A stretch of 64,000 nucleotides of DNA from Pyrobaculum sp. Lineage in GTDB: Archaea; Thermoproteota; Thermoprotei; Thermoproteales; Thermoproteaceae. Where the stretch lies: positions 1 to 64,000 of the forward strand of contig JBKBOT010000004.1 of the NCBI GenBank assembly GCA_046293555.1. Reading direction: 5' to 3'. The translations under genes and the position numbers were made by a program. The notes beneath the pieces were generated by a model, which saw nothing but the letters and a program-made list of their open reading frames with translations, had not been told where the DNA came from and did not search any database. Positions 48,776-57,905 of the stretch are shown here, one piece after another; position 1 is the first letter of the stretch; each line of letters opens with the position of its first letter.

Positions 48776-49134
48776 ACCTAATACTTAGGGCCTTGTTGCA
48801 ATGTCCAGGCCCCTACTTCCGCCAGCTTTCAAAAGAGCTGTCCATACCGGTGGGCACTCTTGACTACTACCTCACAAAGCTGACTAGAGAAAGGCTGGCA
48901 TATAGGCTGGGGTCTCGGCCCCGGTATTACCACATCAAGACAGCCCTCGAGGAGGCCCTGGCGATATATATACTACGGGAGGGTCCGAGGGCACTGGCGG
49001 AATTTCCAGAGGCTAAATGTGGCAAGTCTCTATGCCCAACAGTCAGAAACCTCATGGCTGCTGCGTTAGATAAATATCCATGTCTAAGGAGAGACGTTGT
49101 GGAAAACTACATAACCCTCATGATGTTGATATAG
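48769..49134 (+). CDS. winged-helix regulator with C-terminal Cys residues
   Basis: PGPYFRQLSKELSIPVGTLDYYL; Cys in KCGKSLC and YPC; ATG 48769. Confidence 0.72.
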   Translation: MLDLILRALLQCPGPYFRQLSKELSIPVGTLDYYLTKLTRERLAYRLGSRPRYYHIKTALEEALAIYILREGPRALAEFPEAKCGKSLCPTVRNLMAAALDKYPCLRRDVVENYITLMMLI

Positions 49135-49156
49135 CCGCGTTTTTACCGCAGCGATA

Positions 49157-49207
49157 CTAGAACAGCTTTTGGAGATTTTTGAAGGTTGTTGTTCCAAAAC
49201 TTTTATA
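49157..49207 (+). promoter_or_regulatory. CTAGAACA-N22-TGTTGTTCCA box plus TTTATA (distal nosZ promoter)
   Basis: Identical architecture to 35448-35498 on the minus strand. Confidence 0.7.
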
Positions 49208-49234
49208 AAGTCTTGTGTGACAAGTGGAGGGGGA

Positions 49235-49251
49235 GGTTAATGTGATTAACC
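49235..49251. promoter_or_regulatory. perfect palindromic box GGTTAA-TGTGA-TTAACC (proximal nosZ promoter)
   Basis: 7 nt before TTATAT (49259), which lies 27 nt before the nosZ ATG. Confidence 0.75.
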
Positions 49252-49285
49252 TAAAGGCTTATATGTGTAGTGGTAGGCATGGATC

Positions 49286-51412
49286 ATGAGCCGGGTTAGA
49301 GTTTATGGATCTGCGGCGTCGGGTGGGGGCAAGCCCACGAGGGTCAAGATCTCGAGGCGTGAGGTGATTGCAGGTGTCGGCGGGTTGGCGGTAGGCCTTG
49401 TGGGTGGCTATGCGTTAAGCACTCTCTTGCAGAAAGGCGCCGTGGCGCCGGCGCCGCCTGGCGTGTGGGAAGAGGTACAGAAGATAGCAACTGCGCGGAA
49501 GCTCTCTCCTGACGACGTCACAGCTGCCGTCAAGACCTATCTGCCGGGCACTATGCATGACGAGTTTTATCTATTCTCGAGCGGCGGCCACTCCGGCCAG
49601 GTGGGGGTTATGGGGATACCGTCGATGAAGCTATATCGCATTATTGCCGTATTTACTCCAGAGCCTTGGCAGGGGTGGGGATATCACGACAAGAAGACTA
49701 TGGAGACTTTATTTAGCGAAAGAGCCACTGCCGGCAGGCCGCTGGCGTGGGGTGACACACACCACCCGGAGTTTGATAGACAAAATGCAGAGTATGTAGG
49801 CAGGTGGCTTTTCATAGGCGACAAAGTCCACGGCAGGGCTGCCGCCATTTCTCTATTGGACTTTGAGCCTAAAGACATTGTGAAGATACCAAACGTCCAG
49901 ACTATCCACGGCGGCGCCTTCACTACGCCGAACACCGAATATGTGCTCTACGCCACGCAGTACCCAGCGCCATGGGAGCCCGGGAGGGGGTATAAGCCCG
50001 GCGTGACTAAAGTGCCGTGGTTACAGGTTGTAAAAGAGGAGAAATACTTCTTTGAATATATGAGGGGGGCTCTCACCTTCCTTGCCTTTGATAGAGGCAC
50101 CGGGCGGTTTGACCTCACGAGGAGCTTCCAGATCGAGGTTCCGCCCTACGTCCAGGACTTGGCGACAATTAGCTGGGGTCCCGGCGACGGCTTGGCGTTT
50201 GTAAATTCTTTCGGCACTGAGGGCATGTTCGGCGAGGTGCCTTACGAGGCCAAGTTGTCTAAAAACGACTTTGACCTCCTCCACATCGTGCAGTGGAAGA
50301 AGGCGGAGGAGCTTTGTCTAAAGCAGGGACGTTGTAAGGAGATAAACGGCATTAAGGTGTTATCTCTAGAAGACGCGGTGAGGGAGGGAGTGTTGTTTTT
50401 CGCTAGAGAGCCCAAGAGCCCACACGGCGTGGACACCTCGCCGGGAGGTAATTTCATATCGGTCGGCGGGAAGCTTGCCCCCTATGCCACAATCTACGGC
50501 GCTGAGAGAGTGAAGAGGGCAATTGCAGATGGGAAGTTTGAGGGGAGGGATAGATATGGCGTGCCTATACTAGATTTCGGCTCTATAGTGGCCGGGCAGG
50601 TGGAGGCGTGTCTAGGGCCTCTCCACACGGAGTTCGACGGGAGGGGCAATGCGTATATAAGCTGTTTTGTGGAAAACGTGGTTACTAAATTCTCTCTCGG
50701 CCCTCCAGAGTATAGAGGCGATAAGCCGTTTTCTGTATTAGATAAGGTGGCTATTCACTACAATGTTGGCCATATCTGTGTGCCTGAGTCCAACTCGCCG
50801 AATCCCGCCGGCAAGTATCTAGTGGCTATGAACAAGTGGTCAATTGACCGCTTCATGTCCGCAGGCCCGTTACTGCCGCAAAACTTCCAGCTGATTGACA
50901 TATCTGGCGAGAAGATGAAATTGTTGCTAGATGTCCCCATTGGCTGGGGCGAGCCTCATTACGCCAAGGCGATTAGGTCTGAGAAGCTCAAGCCTCCAGC
51001 TGTATATCCAGTTGGCGCCAATCCGCATGTGATGAAAGGTGGCGAGTTCCAGATAGACCCCAACGCCGTGACTGAGGTGGGGAAGGAGAGGGTTGAGCGC
51101 CGCCAGCTGCCAGACGGGCGTTGGGTCACAGAGGTGTGGGGGACTGTCATCAGATCTACGATAAGGCCCATCATAATTGTGGCAAAGAGGGGAGACTTGG
51201 TGAGACTACATTTAACCAACGTGGAGAAGAGTATAGACGCCACACATGGCCTCGCCATTGCGGAATACAATGTGGCCGCATCTCTAGAGCCTGGGGAATA
51301 TGCGTTAATAGAGTTTGTAGCTGACATACCTGGCGTGTTTGCGTTTTACTGCTACGAGTTCTGCTCGCCGCTTCACCTAGAAATGGTCGGATGGCTGGTG
51401 GTGGAGGAATAA
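49286..51412 (+). CDS. nosZ: nitrous-oxide reductase, clade II-type, with Tat signal
   Basis: SRREVI; SSGGHSGQ, GDTHH, HG, PHG, GPLH, EPH, and CuA motif CYEFCSPLHLEM. Confidence 0.95.
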   Translation: MSRVRVYGSAASGGGKPTRVKISRREVIAGVGGLAVGLVGGYALSTLLQKGAVAPAPPGVWEEVQKIATARKLSPDDVTAAVKTYLPGTMHDEFYLFSSGGHSGQVGVMGIPSMKLYRIIAVFTPEPWQGWGYHDKKTMETLFSERATAGRPLAWGDTHHPEFDRQNAEYVGRWLFIGDKVHGRAAAISLLDFEPKDIVKIPNVQTIHGGAFTTPNTEYVLYATQYPAPWEPGRGYKPGVTKVPWLQVVKEEKYFFEYMRGALTFLAFDRGTGRFDLTRSFQIEVPPYVQDLATISWGPGDGLAFVNSFGTEGMFGEVPYEAKLSKNDFDLLHIVQWKKAEELCLKQGRCKEINGIKVLSLEDAVREGVLFFAREPKSPHGVDTSPGGNFISVGGKLAPYATIYGAERVKRAIADGKFEGRDRYGVPILDFGSIVAGQVEACLGPLHTEFDGRGNAYISCFVENVVTKFSLGPPEYRGDKPFSVLDKVAIHYNVGHICVPESNSPNPAGKYLVAMNKWSIDRFMSAGPLLPQNFQLIDISGEKMKLLLDVPIGWGEPHYAKAIRSEKLKPPAVYPVGANPHVMKGGEFQIDPNAVTEVGKERVERRQLPDGRWVTEVWGTVIRSTIRPIIIVAKRGDLVRLHLTNVEKSIDATHGLAIAEYNVAASLEPGEYALIEFVADIPGVFAFYCYEFCSPLHLEMVGWLVVEE

Positions 51413-51855
51413 GTCGGCGGGTTGTAGTCATGTCTCTTGTCGCCATTGCCTCCGGGGCGGCAGTTTTTTTCCTCCCTCCAAGGAGGGAGAATTCCCCCGA
51501 AATTAGGCTGGGGGTAGATAAATGCGCCGTCTGTCAAATGGTTATTGTAGACAAGAGGTTTGCCGCCGTCTATCGCCATGAGGGGAGGTGGGAGAAATTT
51601 GACGACGTTATATGTCTCCTCCGTTATCTCAAAGAAATTGGGCGGCTTGACGATATTAAAAACGCCTATGTATATGACTACCTCTCTGGAAGGTTGGTAA
51701 AGGCGTCGGAGGCCTATTTTGTCATAACAAAGAAGATACCTACCCCCATGGGCTCTGGAATTGTGGCGTTTATAGATAGAGAACAAGCCGCGGCATATTC
51801 GGAAGACGGGAAGATCTACACTATAGAAGAGCTAGCGGAGAAAGTCTTGCCATGA
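51391..51855 (+). CDS. nosL: NosL copper chaperone
   Basis: CAVCQM, FDDVIC, AYFV, TPMGSG.VAF. Confidence 0.9.
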   Translation: MAGGGGISRRVVVMSLVAIASGAAVFFLPPRRENSPEIRLGVDKCAVCQMVIVDKRFAAVYRHEGRWEKFDDVICLLRYLKEIGRLDDIKNAYVYDYLSGRLVKASEAYFVITKKIPTPMGSGIVAFIDREQAAAYSEDGKIYTIEELAEKVLP

Positions 51856-52406
51856 GGCTGGCGGTAAGGCCCATAGCCCTTGTAGGCCTCGTGTTGATTT
51901 TAATTAGCTACGCCTTCCCCTTCTGGTCTACTTACTTGTCTTCGCCTATATTTGGCTACACCCGGCAGGTATATATCAAGGTGATGTTGGCTGGATATGT
52001 GGATTACACCCCTCCTGACGCCCTCCTGCAGTTAAATATAGCCCATCACTACGTCGGCTTGCCGCCTCTAGAGCCCGAAAAAATGATTGAGCTGAAGCTC
52101 ATGCCCCTTCTGCCGGCTGGGCTTTTTGTGGTCTACCTTCTGTATCTATTTGGCAAACTAAGGCCCAGGTGGCTTCTCTTGGTTACATACCTGGCGCTGA
52201 TAGGCGGCGTGGCTTACTTCCAGTGGTGGCTATATAACCTCGGCCACAGCATAACGCCGGGGGCGCCTGTGAAGATCGAGCCGTTTACGCCAATGGTTGT
52301 GGGCGCGTACCAAATCGCCAATTTCACGGCATTAAACCTCTTAGACGTGGGCTTCTGGCTTCTGGCCATAGCCCCGGTGTTTGCATATCTGGGACGTAAA
52401 AAGTGA
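51852..52406 (+). CDS. nosB: NosB-like membrane protein
   Basis: LN.AHHYVGL, WLY.LGH, AP.KI.PF.P...G..Q.ANF motifs typical of clade II nos clusters. Confidence 0.75.
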   Translation: MRLAVRPIALVGLVLILISYAFPFWSTYLSSPIFGYTRQVYIKVMLAGYVDYTPPDALLQLNIAHHYVGLPPLEPEKMIELKLMPLLPAGLFVVYLLYLFGKLRPRWLLLVTYLALIGGVAYFQWWLYNLGHSITPGAPVKIEPFTPMVVGAYQIANFTALNLLDVGFWLLAIAPVFAYLGRKK

Positions 52407-53704
52407 TTATTTTTTTACTTTTTACAGTCTTTATCTCAGCTGCCGTCATGGTGTCGCCGCCTGGGGGCGGCGCCTATCAACTACCCACGTTTAATTTATC
52501 TCAAGTCCCCCCCGGCTCTAAGGTGTATCTCAGCGGCGTTTTTGCCGGGAGTTTTGTTGTAGATAGGCCGGTGGAGATTGTGGGGCGTGGCGCCGTGTTG
52601 TACGGAAATGGCACAGTGTTGAGAATTGTGGCCAGTGACGTTAGAGTAGCTAACTTAACTATCGCCCGCTGTGGGAGAACCGGGCTGGATTCGGGAATTT
52701 GGGTGGAGAATGCCAGAAATGTGACTATAGTCGGAATATCTATAGAGGAGTGTCTCTACCCAGTTATGGTGTATAACTCCACCGGGGTTAAAATCGTTGG
52801 CTCAAATATAGCAAGCTTTAGGGAAGTACCTAGGGTGACCTACGGCGGGGGGCCGGTGGCTATGCACGAACTGACGCAATACTTCAGGGGGCATGGGGTA
52901 TATGTCTGGTTTTCACGTGGCGTCGTAGTGGAGGGTAGCCGTTTTGCCCACGTGTTAGATGGGGTCTACTGCGACCACGCCTATGGGTTGGAGGTAGTGC
53001 AAAATGTCTTCACGTCGGGTAGTAGATATGCAGTCCACCTGATGTATTGCGAGGGGGTTAACATAGTTGGCAACTCTGTGCGGGATTATGTGGTGGGCTT
53101 TATCCCCATGTATAGCAGCTCTGTGGTTATTAACAAAAATGTTGTAGTCGACATAAGGAGAGTCGGCGGCGCGGCTGTGGTGATTTTTGAAAGCGACGAC
53201 GTGTATATATGCAACAATATAATTACCAGAAATTACCTAGGCGTTGAGCACTTCCGTTCCCCCCTCAGGCCGGGGGGTCGGGTGGTCATTGTAAATAACA
53301 CTTTTCTCTATAATAACATAGCCATAAAGCTAGACTCCTACTCTACCCCAGCCATATATGGAAATTTATTTATAGAAAACATCCGGGATGTGTTGCCGTT
53401 GTTTAACAATGGCGCGTTACTTTACAACGAGAGTTTAAAAATAGGTAACTTCTGGGGGGTTTCACGCGGCGTGTATGTAGCACGGCAGAGGGTATTTGAC
53501 AAACTACTGGCCGACAATCCCCACCTCGAGCTCTTTGTATTAACGCCAGCTTTTACACTTTTGGAACAACTATTTGGCGTGACGTATCCCCGGGGGGGAG
53601 AGCTAGTGGATAAATACCCCATTTCCCGTCAAGTAGACATATCGGCGTTGTATATAGTTGTCGCCATTCTGGCGGTGGTGGCATATGTCTGGAGTAGAGA
53701 TTAA
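52403..53704 (+). CDS. nosD: NosD maturation protein
   Basis: RGHGVYVW, DGVY, RYAVHLMY, GNFW. Confidence 0.9.
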   Translation: MIIFLLFTVFISAAVMVSPPGGGAYQLPTFNLSQVPPGSKVYLSGVFAGSFVVDRPVEIVGRGAVLYGNGTVLRIVASDVRVANLTIARCGRTGLDSGIWVENARNVTIVGISIEECLYPVMVYNSTGVKIVGSNIASFREVPRVTYGGGPVAMHELTQYFRGHGVYVWFSRGVVVEGSRFAHVLDGVYCDHAYGLEVVQNVFTSGSRYAVHLMYCEGVNIVGNSVRDYVVGFIPMYSSSVVINKNVVVDIRRVGGAAVVIFESDDVYICNNIITRNYLGVEHFRSPLRPGGRVVIVNNTFLYNNIAIKLDSYSTPAIYGNLFIENIRDVLPLFNNGALLYNESLKIGNFWGVSRGVYVARQRVFDKLLADNPHLELFVLTPAFTLLEQLFGVTYPRGGELVDKYPISRQVDISALYIVVAILAVVAYVWSRD

Positions 53705-54302
53705 AGTCGCAGACCTGACTTATGCCGTAGGCGGCCATGAGATCTTGAAGAATGTAAACATGGAGATAGACAGGGGGGCATTTGTGGTGGTGACAGGGCC
53801 AAACGGCTCTGGCAAGACCACCTTCCTTAGGTGTGTTGTAGGCGTGTTGAAATGTGAGGGAATCGTGGAGGTTATGGGGAGAGACCCGCGGAGAGATGTA
53901 GAGGTGAGAAGGGGGGTGGGGTATGTTCCACAACTGCTCCCCTTCCCCCCACTCGCCGTGAGGGAGGTGGTGTGGCTACACTACAAGATCTACGGGATTT
54001 CAAACGGCGAGGTGTTAAAAGAGTGGGGGCTGGCGGCTCTGCTCGACAGAAAGGTGGCTAGGCTTTCTGGCGGCGAGAGGCAAAGGCTGGCGTGGGCCCT
54101 CGCCCTATCTCACAAGCCGAGGGTGTTAATTCTCGACGAGCCTTTTAACAACCTAGATGCAGAGGGGAAAAGGTTGGCTTTAGAGAAGTTAAGAGAGTTG
54201 AGAGAAAAGGTGACAGTAGTTATGGCCATACATGAGGCGTATGAGGTGGAGAAGTTGGCAGACGCCGTGGTGAGATTTGAGGGGGGGATGGCGAGGATAT
54301 GA
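53685..54302 (+). CDS. nosF: ABC ATPase NosF
   Basis: GPNGSGKTT, LSGGERQR, LDEP; between nosD and nosY. Confidence 0.85.
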   Translation: MSGVEIKVADLTYAVGGHEILKNVNMEIDRGAFVVVTGPNGSGKTTFLRCVVGVLKCEGIVEVMGRDPRRDVEVRRGVGYVPQLLPFPPLAVREVVWLHYKIYGISNGEVLKEWGLAALLDRKVARLSGGERQRLAWALALSHKPRVLILDEPFNNLDAEGKRLALEKLRELREKVTVVMAIHEAYEVEKLADAVVRFEGGMARI

Positions 54303-55081
54303 TAGTCTGTCTCTTCACGGTGAGGCAGTGGCTTCTCCACAGGTGGGTTTTTTCCTACGCCGCCTCTCTTGTTTTAATACTGCTTTTCATATTCTACACG
54401 GCCTATTTTGGCCTCGCCTGGATACAACCAGAGTTTTACGGCAGGGTGGCCGTGGCTGTAGTCAACGCCGCTCTTTTTCTAGTCTCTCTCTCCGCTCTGT
54501 TGATTCCGCTGTTTGTATATCAAGACGATAGAGAGACTGGGCTTTACGAGTGGTTTATCTCCAGGCCTGTGAGGCGATTTCATCTATGCCGCTGGCTGGG
54601 CGTGGCGGCTTCCCTCTCGGCGGCCACCATTGCCTCCTTCCTCGTCGCCATGTCTCTTAACTACCTGATGTTCCGCCTTTTTGTCTCGCAGATGTTAATA
54701 ATCGCCGCGGTTTTTATGGCCTTAATCTTCTCGCTGTCTGCAGTTAGCTATCTCATCTCCATGGCTCTTCCCGACAAGGCCTCTGCCTTAGGCGCCGGGT
54801 TTTTCCTCTGGCTTTACCTCAATATTATCCACACCATTGTGGCTATGGTTTTTGCCCTGGGGTCCCCTCCAGATGTCGCCTTTGTGATATATGTCCTCAG
54901 CCCCGTGGAGTCCGCCAGATTTCTCAGCTTCTATGTGGTAGACCCCACTCTCTCTTTTTTAAACCCAGTGACGGCGATAGACCTCACGCTCTCGCTACAA
55001 GGCCTCCTCTTTTACCTACCTGTAGCCGTATTGGCAACACCTATTGTGATCGCCCTGGCGGTGTTTCGAACTCTTCCTTAA
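54299..55081 (+). CDS. nosY: ABC permease NosY
   Basis: Six TM helices, DRETG.YE..ISRP.RR, LSPVE. Confidence 0.82.
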   Translation: MIVCLFTVRQWLLHRWVFSYAASLVLILLFIFYTAYFGLAWIQPEFYGRVAVAVVNAALFLVSLSALLIPLFVYQDDRETGLYEWFISRPVRRFHLCRWLGVAASLSAATIASFLVAMSLNYLMFRLFVSQMLIIAAVFMALIFSLSAVSYLISMALPDKASALGAGFFLWLYLNIIHTIVAMVFALGSPPDVAFVIYVLSPVESARFLSFYVVDPTLSFLNPVTAIDLTLSLQGLLFYLPVAVLATPIVIALAVFRTLP

Positions 55082-55574
55082 ATATAGCCCACAGCGCCCT
55101 GGCTAGGTGTCTATATGGACTCTTGTGTTTTTCTAGACATTCCACAAATTTCTTAAACCACGGCGCAATAAAACGTCGGTAGAATTCTCTCCTAAGTTCC
55201 TCCCTGCCGCCTGTGGTGGCGCCGAGAAATTCCAACATGGCTGGGAGGTAGTCTGGTAGCTCCCGCCGTATGTCCATAGTGAAGCCCAGGGCCTTGTAGT
55301 AAGTCAATATTTGGTACATATAGAGGCCTCTCTCCCTGCTGTCTTCCCCCAGGGCGTAGTAGCCGGCATATGGGGGACATCTGGGCGTGAGTTCAAACAT
55401 CTCCACCCTGTGGCTTTCCAGATCTACACCCTCTGCCTCCTCGAGGAAGGCCTTAAGTTCCTCAAGGCCTAGCTCTTCTGCCAGCGTGGAGATCTGTTCT
55501 CTAGCTTGTAGAAATGCCGTGGGGCTGTCCACAGCCCTGGCGGCTATTATGTACAAAACGCCTACCAAATCCAC
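55041..55574 (-). CDS. narJ: nitrate reductase molybdenum cofactor assembly chaperone
   Basis: E.FE...CPPY, ELPDYLPAMLEF, SPY. Confidence 0.85.
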   Translation of the reverse strand: MDLVGVLYIIAARAVDSPTAFLQAREQISTLAEELGLEELKAFLEEAEGVDLESHRVEMFELTPRCPPYAGYYALGEDSRERGLYMYQILTYYKALGFTMDIRRELPDYLPAMLEFLGATTGGREELRREFYRRFIAPWFKKFVECLEKHKSPYRHLARALWAIFKEEFETPPGRSQ

Positions 55575-55599
55575 AGATGTAGAAAAGAGCTATAGATAA

Positions 55600-55616
55600 A
55601 GTTAATGTGGTTAACC
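55600..55616. promoter_or_regulatory. palindromic box AGTTAA-TGTGG-TTAACC (norZ promoter)
   Basis: 7 nt before TTTAAC; same motif as at nirS and nosZ. Confidence 0.72.
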
Positions 55617-55654
55617 CAAGGGATTTAACGCCCATATCGACATAGTTTCGACAT

Positions 55655-57829
55655 ATGAAAAACGGCTGGACCTACTTAGTGCTGGCAGCCACGGTGTTTG
55701 TCTATGTGGTATATATCGCCATGGCCGTCTGGACGTTTTTCAACATGCCGCCAATTCCAGAGAGGGTGGAGACCGCCGGCGGCAAGCTGCTTTTCACCGG
55801 GCGGGATGTCGTAGAGGGTAAAATACTGGCGCAGAAATATGGCCTTCTTGACTACGGCTCTTTTCTCGGCTTCGGCGGCTATTTCGGCATTGACTACACT
55901 GCATACACCATGAAGATCTACGTAGAGAAGGTGGCCAAAATGCGGGGAGTGGAGTTCACGCCAGAGGCGGCTACTCAAGTCAGGCGGCTGCTTACGCCGA
56001 GGTTTGAGGTCAAGGCTGCCTTTTTTGGGTCTCAGAGCGGGAGGGTTGTAGTAAGCGAAGAGTTCGGCACGGCGTTTGAAGAAGTGGTGAAGTTCTACAA
56101 GGAGTACTTTGGGCCCAAGGCCGAGTCTGTTGGCCTAAAGCCCAACCTAATTACCGACGAGAGTCATGTCAGAAAAATTGCGGCGTTTTTCACATGGGGG
56201 GTGTTGATCTCCATGGCTAATTACACCAACGGCTTTCCCTACATGCCGGGGATACTGGAGCCTACAGTACACGTCACGGTCTCCACCTGGGTCACCTTCT
56301 TCGTACTTCTACTCGTCATAATGCCCGTCGCCGGCTATATAATCATCAAGTTTCTTGACTACTGGAAGGAGCCGAGGATTTCGCTACAGCTCCCACCGCC
56401 CACGTCAACACAGAGGCTGGCGTTACTGGGCTTCGTGCTGGCGGTCCTGGGGCTGTCAATACAGGGGCTGCTGGGGGGCTACCTAATGCATAAATACACA
56501 GAGCCTTCTGACCTCTATGGAGTGTCTGGCGTAAACTCCATACTGCCCTTCAACGTGGCTAGAGCCCTTCACTACAACCTAGCCATCTTGTGGATCGCCG
56601 TGTCTTGGGTCTCTTTCGCCCTCTTTGTGTTGCCATATCTAGGCGTCCAGCTAAACAGGGCGAAGGTGTTAGCCATATTAGGCGCCGGCGCCTTTACGGC
56701 TTTTGGCATCCTTCTCGGCATCTGGGCTTCATACCTCCAGCTCATCCCAGAGCCGTGGTGGTTTATAGTGGGGTCCCAGGGGAGGCCTGTGGTTAATCAA
56801 GGCACCTTGTGGCTTCTGCTGGTGGCAGCCCTCTTGGGCTACCTCTCCCTCGCCGTGTGGAGGGCGTCGAGGACATCCCCAGAGCCCATACAGCCGCTAG
56901 TCAAGATTCTGGCCATAGCTCTCGCCGGCACTGCCTTCGGGGCTGTGATGGGGGCATTGCCTGTAGTGTCGCCGTGGGGCCACTTCACGATAGATGAGTA
57001 CTTCCGGTGGGTTTTAATACACGCCTTTGTGGAGGGCTTCTGGCCGGCCATCGTGATACCCATATTACTCATACTGTTGGTAATTGCCGGCATGGTGCCG
57101 CCCAAGATGGCGGTAGCTGCTGCAGGTATTGACGCCACGTTGGAAATAGCTACAGGCATGATTGGCACGGCCCACCACTACTATTGGGGGGGACAGCCCA
57201 CCCTCTGGATGTATGTCGGCGCGGTGACGTCCACATTAGAGGTAATCCCCATAGGTTTCCTCATAGCCTACGCCCTGGTGTTATGGCGCCGCGGCGAGTA
57301 TAAGACAGAGCTCCAGAAGACTTTGCTGACCTTCGTCCTCGTGGCGGCCTTCGGCGGCGCAGTCGGCGTAGTGGCCTTTGGCGCAGGTATGATAAACATG
57401 CCTGTAGTTAACTACTATCTACACGGCTCGCAGGGAACTATGACACACGCCCATCTTGCGATGCCGCTTGCCTACGGCGTCCCCACAATGTTGATGTGGG
57501 TAGTAGCCTTCACTCTGGCCGGGGCATTTGGCGATGTCCAGTTAAGGCGTCTTCGCTTAGCTGTAGTAATAATGGCCGTCGGGTTCTACTTACAAGTGCT
57601 GCTTTCGCTAGGCCTCTTAATGACAGCCCAATTTGTGGTCACGACAACAGAGGGGTACTGGGCTTCTAAGGCCTTGTTTGCCCCAGACGGGACGCCGGCG
57701 TTTTGGCAGAGGCCAGACGTAAAGACTTTTGTCTGGCTTAGAATGATAGGCGACGTAATTGCCGCGGCGGGTATAGCCGTCTTTTTGGTATATATGTTGA
57801 GGGGACTTCCTAAAGCATTAAGGCCATAA
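55655..57829 (+). CDS. norZ: quinol-dependent nitric oxide reductase (qNOR)
   Basis: PPIP, YGS.LG.G.Y.G.DYTA, RALH, RW..IH.FVEG, GTAHHYYW, STLEV, HAH, WLRM.GD. Confidence 0.93.
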   Translation: MKNGWTYLVLAATVFVYVVYIAMAVWTFFNMPPIPERVETAGGKLLFTGRDVVEGKILAQKYGLLDYGSFLGFGGYFGIDYTAYTMKIYVEKVAKMRGVEFTPEAATQVRRLLTPRFEVKAAFFGSQSGRVVVSEEFGTAFEEVVKFYKEYFGPKAESVGLKPNLITDESHVRKIAAFFTWGVLISMANYTNGFPYMPGILEPTVHVTVSTWVTFFVLLLVIMPVAGYIIIKFLDYWKEPRISLQLPPPTSTQRLALLGFVLAVLGLSIQGLLGGYLMHKYTEPSDLYGVSGVNSILPFNVARALHYNLAILWIAVSWVSFALFVLPYLGVQLNRAKVLAILGAGAFTAFGILLGIWASYLQLIPEPWWFIVGSQGRPVVNQGTLWLLLVAALLGYLSLAVWRASRTSPEPIQPLVKILAIALAGTAFGAVMGALPVVSPWGHFTIDEYFRWVLIHAFVEGFWPAIVIPILLILLVIAGMVPPKMAVAAAGIDATLEIATGMIGTAHHYYWGGQPTLWMYVGAVTSTLEVIPIGFLIAYALVLWRRGEYKTELQKTLLTFVLVAAFGGAVGVVAFGAGMINMPVVNYYLHGSQGTMTHAHLAMPLAYGVPTMLMWVVAFTLAGAFGDVQLRRLRLAVVIMAVGFYLQVLLSLGLLMTAQFVVTTTEGYWASKALFAPDGTPAFWQRPDVKTFVWLRMIGDVIAAAGIAVFLVYMLRGLPKALRP

Positions 57830-57830
57830 A

Positions 57831-57871
57831 ATCGGGAAAACTTCCCCTTTTTCCGCCTTTCTTTTCCCGAT
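57831..57871. promoter_or_regulatory. 10-bp inverted repeat ATCGGGAAAA-N21-TTTTCCCGAT upstream of the narG TATA
   Basis: Perfect arms at 57831-57840 and 57862-57871, then 7 nt, then TTTTAAT. Confidence 0.55.
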
Positions 57872-57905
57872 GTGACAATTTTAATGGCCGTTAGTATTGT
57901 TCTCT

